A stretch of DNA of 64,000 bases from Dehalococcoidia bacterium (GCA_965262485.1 OZ253540.1:1044711-1108710); one strand, 5' to 3'; positions 1-9,256 are shown, numbered from the stretch's first letter. Notes: generated by a model from the sequence alone, not told the origin. Program-made: numbers and translations.

Positions 1-597
1 GCAGCGGTGGAGGAGCATAAACGGTTGTCGGGAGAAGTATTTGCAGACCTGCGAGTGGGATTGTTGCACGGAAGGATGTCGGGACGCGAAAAAGACCGTG
101 TGATGAGACAGTTTCGCGATGTGGACCTGGACATTCTGGTTGCAACGGCAGTGGTGGAAGTGGGGATAGATGTCCCGAATGCGACCGTGATGCTCATAGA
201 CGGTGCGGAACGATTTGGCTTATCGCAACTGCATCAATTTCGGGGGCGCGTTGGGCGCGGGGAATACAAAAGCTACTGCCTGCTGATGTCGGAGTCCGAA
301 TCGGATCGGGCAATGGAGCGGCTGGCAGCTTTGGAATCAACGCGGGACGGTTTCCAGTTGGCCCAGATCGATTTGCAGATACGCCATGAAGGAGACATCT
401 TCGGCACATCTCAAAGCGGCGAACAGACGGCCCTGCGTATCGCCAATCTATTCGACCAGGATCTGATGGCGCTGGCCAGAAGAGAAGCCGCAAACATCAT
501 GGAGACTGACCCGGAACTAACCGATCCCAGGAATGCCGGCATTGCCGAGGAACGGGATCGGTTCCTCACCCGTGCTGAGCAGCATATCGGGGATTAG
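1..597 (+). CDS. recG: ATP-dependent DNA helicase RecG, C-terminal part (5' end lies outside the window)
   Basis: Reading frame is open from base 1. Helicase motifs V-VI are present (VATAVVEVGIDVPNATVM, QLHQFRGRVGRG), with a RecG-type C-terminus. Stop TAG at 595-597. Confidence 0.9.
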   Translation, partial: AAVEEHKRLSGEVFADLRVGLLHGRMSGREKDRVMRQFRDVDLDILVATAVVEVGIDVPNATVMLIDGAERFGLSQLHQFRGRVGRGEYKSYCLLMSESESDRAMERLAALESTRDGFQLAQIDLQIRHEGDIFGTSQSGEQTALRIANLFDQDLMALARREAANIMETDPELTDPRNAGIAEERDRFLTRAEQHIGD

Positions 598-616
598 GGT
601 GTACGGGAATCGGAAT

Positions 617-1291
617 TCAGGCCGCGTTGTCCATGTCCCGAAACCGGTAACCGACGTTCCAGATGGTCTCTACGAATAGATGATCCGGGTCTTCTATTTT
701 GGACCGGAGACGACGAATATGCACGTCAACCGTCCGGGTTCCGCCGAGGTAGTCGTATCCCCAAACCTGGTTGAGCAGCGCTTCCCTGGTGTAAACACGG
801 CCTGGATTGGAGGCCAGCAGCGTCAGCAGCTGAAACTCTTTGTAAGTTAGGGAGATACGGCGTCCTCCCATGTTCACCTCGTAACTCTGCAGGTCGATGG
901 CAAGCTCTCCAACGCGGATCAACTGTTCCACCGCATGGCCATCGCGGCGAAAAACCAGTTGCGCGATTCTCGCTTGCAGTTCCGATGCCAACAAGGGAGT
1001 AACGATGAAGTCGTCGGCGGCGATCAACGGGTCGTATTGTTCCAGCGCACTGGGGTCGAGCACCAGGAGAGTGGGCAATCGGAGTTGAGAGACCTGCTCA
1101 ACGACCGCCTGGGCGCCGATTCCCACCGCCGCAAGGTCCAGGAGCACAGCATCCAAACTGCTGGTTTGAGCTGACTCTTCCAGTTCGAAAATGTCGCTGC
1201 CGGCTCGACAGCCAATACCGGCCTGGTCAATTTCATGGACCAAAGCCGTCATTCCGCTGCCCGGTCGAGTGAGCAAGAATACCGAATACAC
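617..1291 (-). CDS. OmpR/PhoB-family winged-helix regulator with a degenerate receiver domain
   Basis: C-terminal Trans_reg_C motifs (LTYKEFQLLTLLASNPGRVYTREALLNQVWGYDY...VDVHIRRLRSKIE...VGYRF). The N-terminal receiver-like fold lacks the acidic DD pair and the conserved Lys. Confidence 0.8.
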   Translation of the reverse strand: MYSVFLLTRPGSGMTALVHEIDQAGIGCRAGSDIFELEESAQTSSLDAVLLDLAAVGIGAQAVVEQVSQLRLPTLLVLDPSALEQYDPLIAADDFIVTPLLASELQARIAQLVFRRDGHAVEQLIRVGELAIDLQSYEVNMGGRRISLTYKEFQLLTLLASNPGRVYTREALLNQVWGYDYLGGTRTVDVHIRRLRSKIEDPDHLFVETIWNVGYRFRDMDNAA

Positions 1292-1488
1292 AGGGCCGAA
1301 CCTTTTTACCTCATCGTGCGCCGGGCGACTTCAACTGCCGTATCGTCAATGCCACATCATTGGCTGTGATTTAGCGCTACGCCTCGTTACGGTAGGGGGT
1401 GTTACAGTGGGGATATGCACCGTGGTGTTATGCTGCTGCAACGCATCGTACCAACCCAGCCTAATGGAGCCCATGCCGAGGAAGCAGA

Positions 1489-1517
1489 TTGACGTTGCAA
1501 TCAAGCCTGACTATCAT
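1489..1517 (+). promoter_or_regulatory. Candidate sigma70-type promoter (TTGACG-17 nt-TATCAT) upstream of the DUF1445/DUF4392 gene pair
   Basis: Hexamers read directly from the sequence. Spacing is 17 nt, about 95 nt upstream of the ATG at 1613. Confidence 0.35.
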
Positions 1518-1612
1518 TGCTTTGAAAACGTGCAATTCTAGCATATAGGATTAATGGTTCCTGCAACCAGTTTTTGCCATTAGTCTGGCACACAACCCAG
1601 GAGAATACGACG

Positions 1613-2410
1613 ATGACCACCGCAATCACACTACCGGCAGACCCTCCCGCCATTCGGGGAATGATCAGGTCGGGCAGTTACGATGGAGTAACCTCCGGTT
1701 TAGCCAACGGGTTCGTCCAGGCAAATTTAGCCGTGTTGCCGCGAGATCTGGCGTTCGATTTCCTCCTTTTTTGCCAGCGCAACCCGAGGCCGTGCCCTTT
1801 GCTTGAAGTGATTGACGCCGGTGAAGTGGAGCCATCGTTTACCGCCCCCGGCGCCGATATACGCACCGACGTTCCATCTTATCGGGTGTATGAGCACGGA
1901 GAGTTGGTTGCGGAGTTACCCTCCCTGGAGCAAATCTGGCGCAACGACCTGGTGTCGTTCCTGCTGGGATGCAGTTTTTCGTTTGAAGCGGCCATGTCTG
2001 ATGCCGGGATTCCGATCAGGCATCAGGAGGCCGGATCAAACGTGCCGATGTACATTACCAACATCGCAACGCAACCCGCCGGCGTGTTCTCCGGGCCAAT
2101 GGTTGTTAGTATGCGTCCGGTGGCGCAGGATAAGATAGTGAGGGCGGTTCAGGTTACCTCCCGTTTCCCGGACACCCACGGCGCTCCGGTTCACATCGGC
2201 GACCCGGAAGCCATCGGTATCCGGAACATAGAAGCGCCCGAATTTGGCGATGCCGTAGAGATCCGAGCCGGAGAAGTCCCGGTTTTTTGGGCCTGTGGAG
2301 TTACTCCGCAGGCGGTAGCCTTGAATTGCAAGCCACCCCTGATGATTACCCATTCCCCTGGCAAGATGTTTATCACCGACCGTCGTGACGCAGAATATGC
2401 GGTCATTTGA
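1613..2410 (+). CDS. UPF0317/DUF1445 putative hydro-lyase (D-glutamate-cyclase-like domain)
   Basis: Family-typical N-terminus (IRSGSYDGVTSGLANGFVQANLAVLPRDLAFDFLLFCQRNPRPCPLLEV). ATG at 1613 follows AGGAG; the listed ORF start at 1574 is TTG. Confidence 0.8.
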   Translation: MTTAITLPADPPAIRGMIRSGSYDGVTSGLANGFVQANLAVLPRDLAFDFLLFCQRNPRPCPLLEVIDAGEVEPSFTAPGADIRTDVPSYRVYEHGELVAELPSLEQIWRNDLVSFLLGCSFSFEAAMSDAGIPIRHQEAGSNVPMYITNIATQPAGVFSGPMVVSMRPVAQDKIVRAVQVTSRFPDTHGAPVHIGDPEAIGIRNIEAPEFGDAVEIRAGEVPVFWACGVTPQAVALNCKPPLMITHSPGKMFITDRRDAEYAVI

Positions 2411-2423
2411 TGCTGAGAGGATT

Positions 2424-3299
2424 ATGACCGACACAATTGAAGATATCGTATTGACTCACGACCGGCGGGGTATGGGGATTTTGCGGCCCCATCTGCCCGA
2501 CGATTATTGCCGGCGGGCGGCTCGGTACATCCTGGAGAATCCGGGGCCGGTGATAATCGTGACGGGGTTTTACATCCTCATGAGCGATGCGCCGGAAACG
2601 GACGGGCCTCCGGGAGCGATAGCAATCGGGGACGCCCTGCGCACGATGGGGGCCAGCGTTACCTACGTTGTGGATTCGCCGATGGCCGGTATGATGCAAT
2701 CCTGGTTGAAACAGCGTGGCGACCCGTCGGGGTTGGTAGAGTTCGCCATCACCGACGATCCTGATACCAATCGACAGCTGGCCTCGAATATCCTGGCGGA
2801 AGTTGAACCCGCGCTGTTGATAGCCATTGAGCGATGCTCCCCGGACGACGGCGGTGTGTACCGGAACATGCGAGGTCGCGATATTTCCCCGCAGACTGCC
2901 AGAATCGACGGCCTGTTTCAGTCGAACATACCGTCGGTTGGGATTGGAGACGGTGGAAACGAGATCGGTATGGCGAATTTAGCGCCCGTAATCAGGGATG
3001 CGGACCAGTTGCCCGATTATCCGGCCAATGTTGGTTGCGATCGACTCATCGTCGCCAGCACTTCCAACTGGGGCGGCTATGGGCTGGTGGCCGCGCTATC
3101 CAACCTGGTCGGGCGGAGCCTGTTGCCAGACGTGGACACCGACAGCGCGCTCATCCGGTACCTGGTTGACGCCGGAGCGGTCAGCGGAGTCAGCGGCGAG
3201 CACGACTACCTGGTGGACGAATTTACGCTTGAGGAGAACGCGGCGGTCCTGAATGCGTTGCATGACCATGTGGACAGGCAATTGGCCCAAGGCAGTTAG
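2424..3299 (+). CDS. DUF4392-domain protein (the other domain of eukaryotic D-glutamate cyclase)
   Basis: GFYILMSDAPETDGPPGAIAIGDAL and IGDGGNEIGM motifs as I remember for DUF4392. ATG at 2424 follows GAGAGG; earlier in-frame ATGs at 2385 and 2397 are possible. Confidence 0.7.
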   Translation: MTDTIEDIVLTHDRRGMGILRPHLPDDYCRRAARYILENPGPVIIVTGFYILMSDAPETDGPPGAIAIGDALRTMGASVTYVVDSPMAGMMQSWLKQRGDPSGLVEFAITDDPDTNRQLASNILAEVEPALLIAIERCSPDDGGVYRNMRGRDISPQTARIDGLFQSNIPSVGIGDGGNEIGMANLAPVIRDADQLPDYPANVGCDRLIVASTSNWGGYGLVAALSNLVGRSLLPDVDTDSALIRYLVDAGAVSGVSGEHDYLVDEFTLEENAAVLNALHDHVDRQLAQGS

Positions 3300-3533
3300 C
3301 CGGCGGTAAGCATTCCCAGAAACCGGAGACGCTGGTTCGCCAGTGAATTGCAGTCTGCCTCTCGCCGAAAGAACAGACACCATAACGGCGGGTTTTAGTT
3401 CTATTCTTGATACCGTTGATGGAACCCCGGACTGCGATAGCGTCAAACACGCCTATACTTCCACGGACCGCGCAGTTGCACCGGGTTGAAGGTTGGTGAA
3501 ATGCCCTGGCTCAGCGCCGGCCGGCGTAGCAGG

Positions 3534-3714
3534 CTAGCGCCTGTTGACAATTAGCAAACCAACCCGTCACTCCTGCGAAGGCAGGAGTCCAGAGCGCGCA
3601 TGATGAAGGAATCAGAGCCGTGATTAACGACTTCGGCCATTGGATTCCCGCCCCGTATCAAGTACGGGGTGACGTTCTTTCGCGGGAACGACGGTATTTG
3701 TCAACACACCCTAG
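3534..3714. mobile_element. Class-1 MITE-like inverted-repeat element, copy A (CTAG...TGTTGACAA...TTGTCAACA...CTAG)
   Basis: Shares ends and interior with the copies at 62337-62537 and 63693-63867. It is bounded by CTAG on both sides and has no ORF. Confidence 0.8.
3652..3677 (-). repeat. 26-nt hairpin module GAACGTCACCCCGTACTTGATACGGG nested in the loop of the ATTCCCGC/GCGGGAA hairpin
   Basis: Identical 26-mer at 49873-49898, 61187-61212 and 62384-62409. The homologous hairpin at 63803-63822 lacks it. Confidence 0.85.
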
Positions 3715-5711
3715 CTGACGGCCATCATTTTTTCTTCGGTGATGAGCAGTTTCTTCAACTCGAGCATTTCATCGCGAAGGTGGGCGGCCTTCTCAAATTC
3801 CAGTGAGCGCGCCGCATCTTTCATCTGGAACTCGAGATCTTTTACCACTCGGTACATATCGTCGCGGGACATCTCTTCGCGGGCGACTCGGTAGGCTGCC
3901 TTGGTCTCGGCCACGCGCCGCAAACCCTCGGTAATGTCTTTCACGGCCTTGTGGATGGATTGCGGTTCGATGCCGTTTTTCAGGTTATGGGAGTGTTGAA
4001 TCTCGCGTCGCCGGTATGTTTCGTCGATGGCTTTTTGCATGGAATCGGTAGTTCGGTCGGCATACATGATGACATGACCCGCCGAGTGCCGCGCCGCTCG
4101 CCCAATGGTTTGTATCAGTGAGGTTTGGGAACGCAAATATCCTTCTTTGTCCGCGTCCAATATCGCCACCATGCTGACCTCAGGGAGGTCGAGGCCCTCC
4201 CGCAGCAGATTGATCCCGACGACGACGTCGAACACACCGAGCCGGAGGTCGCGCAGAATCTCAACCCGGTTGAGCGTCTCAATATCGGAATGCAGGTAGT
4301 GGTTGCGGATGCCCATTTCTGACAGGTAATCCGCCAACTCCTCGGCCATCCGTTTGGTCAGCGTGGTGACGAGCACTCTTTCCTGTTGTTCGATACGTTG
4401 ACGAATCTCGTGCAGCAGGTCGTCGATCTGCCCGGTGGTGGGTTTAACTTCGATGGTGGGGTCCAGCAAACCCGTGGGACGAATTACCTGTTCCACGACG
4501 AGGCTGGATTTTTGCATCTCCACCGGTCCCGGCGTCGCGGAAACGAAAACTACCTGATTGATGTGCTCTTCAAATTCCTGGAATTGCAAAGGTCGATTGT
4601 CCAGCGCCGACGGCAGGCGGAAACCGAATTCGACCAGGGTTTTCTTGCGTGCGATGTCGCCGTTATACATACCCCGGACTTGAGGAAGCGTCATGTGCGA
4701 TTCGTCAACGAACATGAGAAAGTCGTCGGGAAAATAGTCCAGCAACGTCCATGGAGCGCTGCCCGCCGGTCGGCGCGACAAATGTCGCGCGTAGTTTTCC
4801 ACCCCGGCGCAGAAGCCGGTTTCGTCCAGCATCTCCATGTCGTAGCGGGTACGTTGCTCCAGGCGTTGCGCTTCCAGCGGCTTGCCGAGTTGGCGGAACC
4901 ACTCCACCTGCTCGTGCATTTCGGCTTCGATATCGATTAATGCCGCGTCCAGTTTTTCGCGGCTCGTTACGAAATGCTTGGCTGGGTAGATGGCGACTTC
5001 CGAACGCTCATTGAGCACTTCGCCGGTCAAACCGTCCAACGTCAGGATGCGTTCAACTTCATCACCAAAAAACTGGATGCGAACCACGAACTCCTCGTAT
5101 GCCGGTACAACCTCCAGGGTGTCTCCCCTGACGGTGAACCGACCGCGCGCCAAATCCGTGTCGTTGCGCTCGTACTGCATGTCGATGAGTTGGCGCAACA
5201 AAGCCCGCCGGTTGTATTCCTCCCCGACCTGTACGCGGGCTACCATTTCGAAATAATCGGACGGATCACCCAAGCCGTAAATGCAGGACACCGAAGCCAC
5301 GATGAGAGTGTCGCGTCGTGTGAGCAGCGAGGTTGTGGAAGCGAGACGCAGTTTATCCAACTCTTCGTTAACGCTGCTGTCTTTTTCTATGTAGGTGTCG
5401 GTACGTGGAATATACGCTTCCGGCTGGTAATAATCGTAATAGGAAACGAAGTACTCGACCGCGTTGTGAGGGAAGAATTCCTTGAATTCGGTGGCCAGTT
5501 GCGCGGCCAGGGTTTTGTTATGCGCTATGACGATGGTCGGGCGCTGGACCTGCTGCACGATGTTGGCCATCGTGAAAGTTTTGCCACTTCCAGTAACCCC
5601 CAGCAGCGTTTGATGGCGTAAACCTTCCGACAAGCCGGCCGTCAACTGGTCCACAGCCTGCGGCTGATCGCCCATCATTCCGAAGTCAGCTACCAACTGG
5701 AAATCAGCCAT
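3711..5711 (-). CDS. uvrB: Excinuclease ABC subunit B
   Basis: 666 aa. Walker [11 protein letters not shown], UvrB helicase motifs, and a C-terminal UVR domain ([18 protein letters not shown]). Confidence 0.97.
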   Translation of the reverse strand: MADFQLVADFGMMGDQPQAVDQLTAGLSEGLRHQTLLGVTGSGKTFTMANIVQQVQRPTIVIAHNKTLAAQLATEFKEFFPHNAVEYFVSYYDYYQPEAYIPRTDTYIEKDSSVNEELDKLRLASTTSLLTRRDTLIVASVSCIYGLGDPSDYFEMVARVQVGEEYNRRALLRQLIDMQYERNDTDLARGRFTVRGDTLEVVPAYEEFVVRIQFFGDEVERILTLDGLTGEVLNERSEVAIYPAKHFVTSREKLDAALIDIEAEMHEQVEWFRQLGKPLEAQRLEQRTRYDMEMLDETGFCAGVENYARHLSRRPAGSAPWTLLDYFPDDFLMFVDESHMTLPQVRGMYNGDIARKKTLVEFGFRLPSALDNRPLQFQEFEEHINQVVFVSATPGPVEMQKSSLVVEQVIRPTGLLDPTIEVKPTTGQIDDLLHEIRQRIEQQERVLVTTLTKRMAEELADYLSEMGIRNHYLHSDIETLNRVEILRDLRLGVFDVVVGINLLREGLDLPEVSMVAILDADKEGYLRSQTSLIQTIGRAARHSAGHVIMYADRTTDSMQKAIDETYRRREIQHSHNLKNGIEPQSIHKAVKDITEGLRRVAETKAAYRVAREEMSRDDMYRVVKDLEFQMKDAARSLEFEKAAHLRDEMLELKKLLITEEKMMAVS

Positions 5712-5745
5712 TTTTCCTCACCCGGCCGTTGCGAATACTCTGGGT

Positions 5746-5774
5746 ATTATAACGGAATGGTGGAAGCATGGCAG
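5746..5774 (-). promoter_or_regulatory. Candidate uvrB promoter (CTGCCA-17 nt-TATAAT on the minus strand)
   Basis: A perfect TATAAT (complement of 5746-5751) lies about 35 nt upstream of the uvrB ATG. The -35 is weak. A 5-bp inverted repeat AATAC-N5-GTATT (5734-5748) overlaps the -10. Confidence 0.35.
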
Positions 5775-6362
5775 TCAAGAACCGCCGATACGCAGCAACG
5801 CCTGGCGGATCAGGTCTTCAACGGAATTGGATTCGGACGCTTCCAGGGATCCGATGGCCTGCCGCGCCTCGGTTAGAGATACTCCCAAAGCCATGAGCGC
5901 TTCAATTGCCTGCGCGCTGTTGCCGTCGGGAGCCGTTGATCCAACCGGATCACCAAAAGCGTCGGGAAGCTTGCCGCGAAGCTCAAGAATGATACGTTGT
6001 GCCATGCGCCGACCCACTCCCTGCGCACGACTCAACGCGGGCACGTCTTCTGACGCCACTGCCTGGCGCAATCCGTCGCCGCCCAGTTCGGACAGCACTG
6101 ACAGAGCGGAACGCGGCCCGATACCCGATACACTTGTCAACGCCCCGAACATCTCCACCGATTCCACGTTGGGGAATCCGTACAGCACGGGTTGTTCGTT
6201 TTGGATTCGGAGCACCGTGCTGAGCTGAACCGTACCGCCGACGTCACCCAGATTGATCACGGCGGACGCGGGTACGGATACCTGGAGCGTGATACCACCG
6301 ACTTGCACGTTGACCCAGTCGGAACCAACGGCCTGCAGCGTGCCGTGCACGCCGACCAACAC
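5775..6362 (-). CDS. ruvA: Holliday junction DNA helicase subunit RuvA
   Basis: 195 aa with an OB-fold N-terminus and HhH region (FGALTSVSGIGPRSALSVLS, LSRAQGVGRRMAQRIILELR). Directly downstream of ruvC. Confidence 0.9.
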   Translation of the reverse strand: MLVGVHGTLQAVGSDWVNVQVGGITLQVSVPASAVINLGDVGGTVQLSTVLRIQNEQPVLYGFPNVESVEMFGALTSVSGIGPRSALSVLSELGGDGLRQAVASEDVPALSRAQGVGRRMAQRIILELRGKLPDAFGDPVGSTAPDGNSAQAIEALMALGVSLTEARQAIGSLEASESNSVEDLIRQALLRIGGS

Positions 6363-6365
6363 TGT

Positions 6366-6887
6366 TTAGAGTTCCTGGCCCGGGACGATTTCCCGCGCAG
6401 TCAAGTCAGTCCGCGAGGCTTGCAAGAGGTGACAAAGTCCCACCGCCAGCGCATCCGCGGCATCGGATGCTGGGACTTCCTCCAGGTTCAGGGTGGACGC
6501 GGTCATCCGCTGGACCTGCTCCTTGGTAGCCGCTCCGTAATCCGTCACCGATTTCTTAACGGCTGCCGGAGAGTAGCGCGATACCGGGATTCCCTGGCTG
6601 GCGGAGCCGATCAGAACTACGGCCTGCGCCTGACCGATTGCCAGGGCGGATTTAACGAACGCCCGATCACCCTTGCCGATGAAAGGGTCCTCAACTGCTA
6701 CCGCGTCCGGCTGGAACACGTGGATCATATTCAGAATGTGGGTATGGAGTTGGTATAGCCGCACTTCGATGAGCATGGTGGCGGGTAACGAAACCACGCC
6801 GTAGTCGTCCGCCGTCGGCCCGGGATCCGCATCCAGCACTGCGTAGCCCATGTGCAAGGTTCCGGGATCGATTGCCAATACCCGCAT
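6366..6887 (-). CDS. ruvC: Crossover junction endodeoxyribonuclease RuvC
   Basis: MRVLAIDPGT...GYAVL N-terminus and a conserved acidic C-terminal motif (DAADALAVGLCH). Confidence 0.92.
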   Translation of the reverse strand: MRVLAIDPGTLHMGYAVLDADPGPTADDYGVVSLPATMLIEVRLYQLHTHILNMIHVFQPDAVAVEDPFIGKGDRAFVKSALAIGQAQAVVLIGSASQGIPVSRYSPAAVKKSVTDYGAATKEQVQRMTASTLNLEEVPASDAADALAVGLCHLLQASRTDLTAREIVPGQEL

Positions 6888-6917
6888 CAGGCGGCGCCGA
6901 CGCCGGTTGGGCCCGGA

Positions 6918-7694
6918 TTACCCACCCGATTCACCGTATCGCTCCAGCACCTCCGCCGGAAAATCGGCGTTGGTGTAGGCCTTCTGCACGTCGCCGAGTT
7001 CCTCGAGAGTGTCCAGAAGCCTGAGAGTTTGTTCAGCCGCTTTGGCCTCCAGTGGAACGATGGTTTTCGGAACCATTGATACGTCGGCCGACGATGGCTG
7101 GGCGCCTTCGTTTTCCAGAGCGGACTTTACGTTGAACAGGTTTTCGGGAGACGTGTATACCTCAAGGATGCCATCTTCAAACTTGACGTCATCCGCCTCA
7201 GCGTCGATGGCGGTTAGGCTAAGTTCTTCGGCAACCGATTCATCCGTGATTTCCAGGGTGATCACACCACGAGATTCGAAATTCCATGCCACGCATCCGG
7301 AATCGCCCAGATTACCGCCACCCTTGTTGAAAGCGGAGCGAACCTCTGACGCGGTGCGGTTCCGATTGGTGGTGAGCGCCATGACCAGGATTGCACCGCC
7401 GCTGGGTCCGTAGCCTTCGTAGGTGACCTCGGCCAGGTCTTCCATGCCTTCACCACCCTCTCCGGTGGCGCGCCGGATGGCGCGGGTTATGTTGTCCAAA
7501 GGCATGTTATTGGCGCGGGCCTGATCTACGGCAATGCGTAACCGGAAATTCGTATCCGGGTCGCCGCCGCCGCCGTCTTTGGCCGCGAGTGATATATTCC
7601 GTGCCAGTTTTGTAAAGAGGGCGCCGCGCTTGGCGTCGTTGGCCCCTTTCTGCCGTTTGATCGTTGACCACTTGGAATGGCCTGACATTTCCAA
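6918..7694 (-). CDS. YebC/PmpR-family DNA-binding regulator
   Basis: SGHSKWSTIKRQKGANDAKRGALFTKLARNI signature. The start may be the second Met (7688). Confidence 0.92.
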   Translation of the reverse strand: MEMSGHSKWSTIKRQKGANDAKRGALFTKLARNISLAAKDGGGGDPDTNFRLRIAVDQARANNMPLDNITRAIRRATGEGGEGMEDLAEVTYEGYGPSGGAILVMALTTNRNRTASEVRSAFNKGGGNLGDSGCVAWNFESRGVITLEITDESVAEELSLTAIDAEADDVKFEDGILEVYTSPENLFNVKSALENEGAQPSSADVSMVPKTIVPLEAKAAEQTLRLLDTLEELGDVQKAYTNADFPAEVLERYGESGG

Positions 7695-7831
7695 ACCTCC
7701 GTGACGCCACGAGCGAGTGATTAATCTGCCAAAAACCGGGCGTCCAGGTGGATGCTTTCGAGCAGCTCTAATTCGATAATTATCATTGCTGATTGTAGCA
7801 CTACCGCTCCAAAGGGGTCAAAAGGGAACAG

Positions 7832-9256
7832 ATGACCAAGACAGACGGCCCACGCACTACGCCTCAGGCTGAGGCGATGGGAAGCGCACCGATGTGGCGA
7901 CTGCTTGTCCACATGTCCGGCCCGCCTACTCTCGCCATTATCGTAATGGCGATGTACAGCATCGTGGACCGGGCTTTTGTCGGGCGCGCCGTGGGCATTG
8001 ACGCGTTGAGTGGGTTGTCGGCTGCGTTTCCGGCTCAGCTGTTGGCCGTCGGACTGGGACTACTGCCGGGTCTGGGTGGAATGTCCGTGATCTCCCGGGC
8101 GCTGGGCGCCCAAAACGCTGCTCAAGGCTCCCGAGTTCTCGGGTCTTCGTTGGCGATTGTGTTCCCAATGTACCTGATCCTGGTCATTGTCGGTTTGTTG
8201 CAACTGGAACCCCTCCTGGGGCTGTTGGGCGCGTCGGCCGACACCGCGCCGCACGCGCGTGAATATCTGGTCATCATATTGCCCGGAAGCTTGCTGGTTA
8301 TGGTTGCAATGAGTTGTAACCAGTATTTGATGGCAGAGGGCCGCCCGACCATCGCCATGATCCTGATGGCCGGCGGAGCCGTTCTCAATATGGCGCTGGA
8401 TGCGTTGTTCGTGCTGGTGTTGGGTTGGGGTGTTTCCGGCGCGGCGGCGGCAACCGTGATTGCCCAGGGTACGGTCGTTGCGTATCTGTTGTGGTTTTAC
8501 CTGTCGGGACGCAGCGTCCTGACAGTCACCCGGGATGCGTTGCGGCCGAGATTGCCGCTGGTGTGGGCAGTAATTACGCTGGGCTTGCCCATTTGCCTTA
8601 TCGAAGTGGCCCGCAGTGTTGTGGTCGTAGTCATCAACAACATCCTCAGCGGTTATGACAACGGAGACAGCTACATCGCGCTGTTTGGAGTAATAAATTC
8701 GGTTTTGGAGTTTGCGTTGGCTCCCTTCATCGGCGTGGCGCTGGCGTATCTGCCGCTGGCCGCCTACAACTATGGAGCCCGAAGCTACGCCAGGGTCCGG
8801 CAGGCCATCTGGCAAAGCTGCCTGGGAGCGACCCTCGGCGGTGCGCTGATCGCCGCGGCGCTGCTGCCTCTGACTGGCGTTATCATCCGCCTCTTCACGG
8901 AGCCCGGCGCCCTGCCGGAAGAAGGTGCTATTGCCATGCGGGTCGTGTTGATGGTCCTGCCCATAGTGGGGATTGAATTCATCAGCTCAATCGCATTTCA
9001 GGCGCTGGGAAAAGCCTGGCCATCGGTTGTGTTGACGGTTATTCAGCGGATCGTCTTTTTGTTGGTTTATCTGCAGGTCCTGTCCAGTTCGTTCGGGGTT
9101 TGGGGAGTCTGGTGGTCTTTTCCGGCAACCGACGTTACCGCGATGTTGCTTGGGGTGGCAGCTCTGACCATCGTGTGGAAGCGAGTGGAACGATGGGGTG
9201 AAGCCGATGCCGGCAATGGCTCAACCAACTTTGACATCGCCGGCGGTCGGCAGTAG
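7832..9256 (+). CDS. MATE-family efflux transporter
   Basis: 474 aa and about 12 predicted hydrophobic spans. MATE-like N-terminus (PTLAIIVMAMYSIVDRAFVGR). Confidence 0.85.
   Translation: MTKTDGPRTTPQAEAMGSAPMWRLLVHMSGPPTLAIIVMAMYSIVDRAFVGRAVGIDALSGLSAAFPAQLLAVGLGLLPGLGGMSVISRALGAQNAAQGSRVLGSSLAIVFPMYLILVIVGLLQLEPLLGLLGASADTAPHAREYLVIILPGSLLVMVAMSCNQYLMAEGRPTIAMILMAGGAVLNMALDALFVLVLGWGVSGAAAATVIAQGTVVAYLLWFYLSGRSVLTVTRDALRPRLPLVWAVITLGLPICLIEVARSVVVVVINNILSGYDNGDSYIALFGVINSVLEFALAPFIGVALAYLPLAAYNYGARSYARVRQAIWQSCLGATLGGALIAAALLPLTGVIIRLFTEPGALPEEGAIAMRVVLMVLPIVGIEFISSIAFQALGKAWPSVVLTVIQRIVFLLVYLQVLSSSFGVWGVWWSFPATDVTAMLLGVAALTIVWKRVERWGEADAGNGSTNFDIAGGRQ

Noticed and set aside
8060-8815. 251-aa ORF antisense to the MATE transporter, with similar long antisense ORFs at 12556-13428, 15530-16396, 17775-18626, 20906-21601 and 38439-39227
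   Set aside because: All overlap strongly supported genes on the opposite strand and have the Arg/Gly/Pro-rich composition typical of shadow frames in GC-rich DNA.
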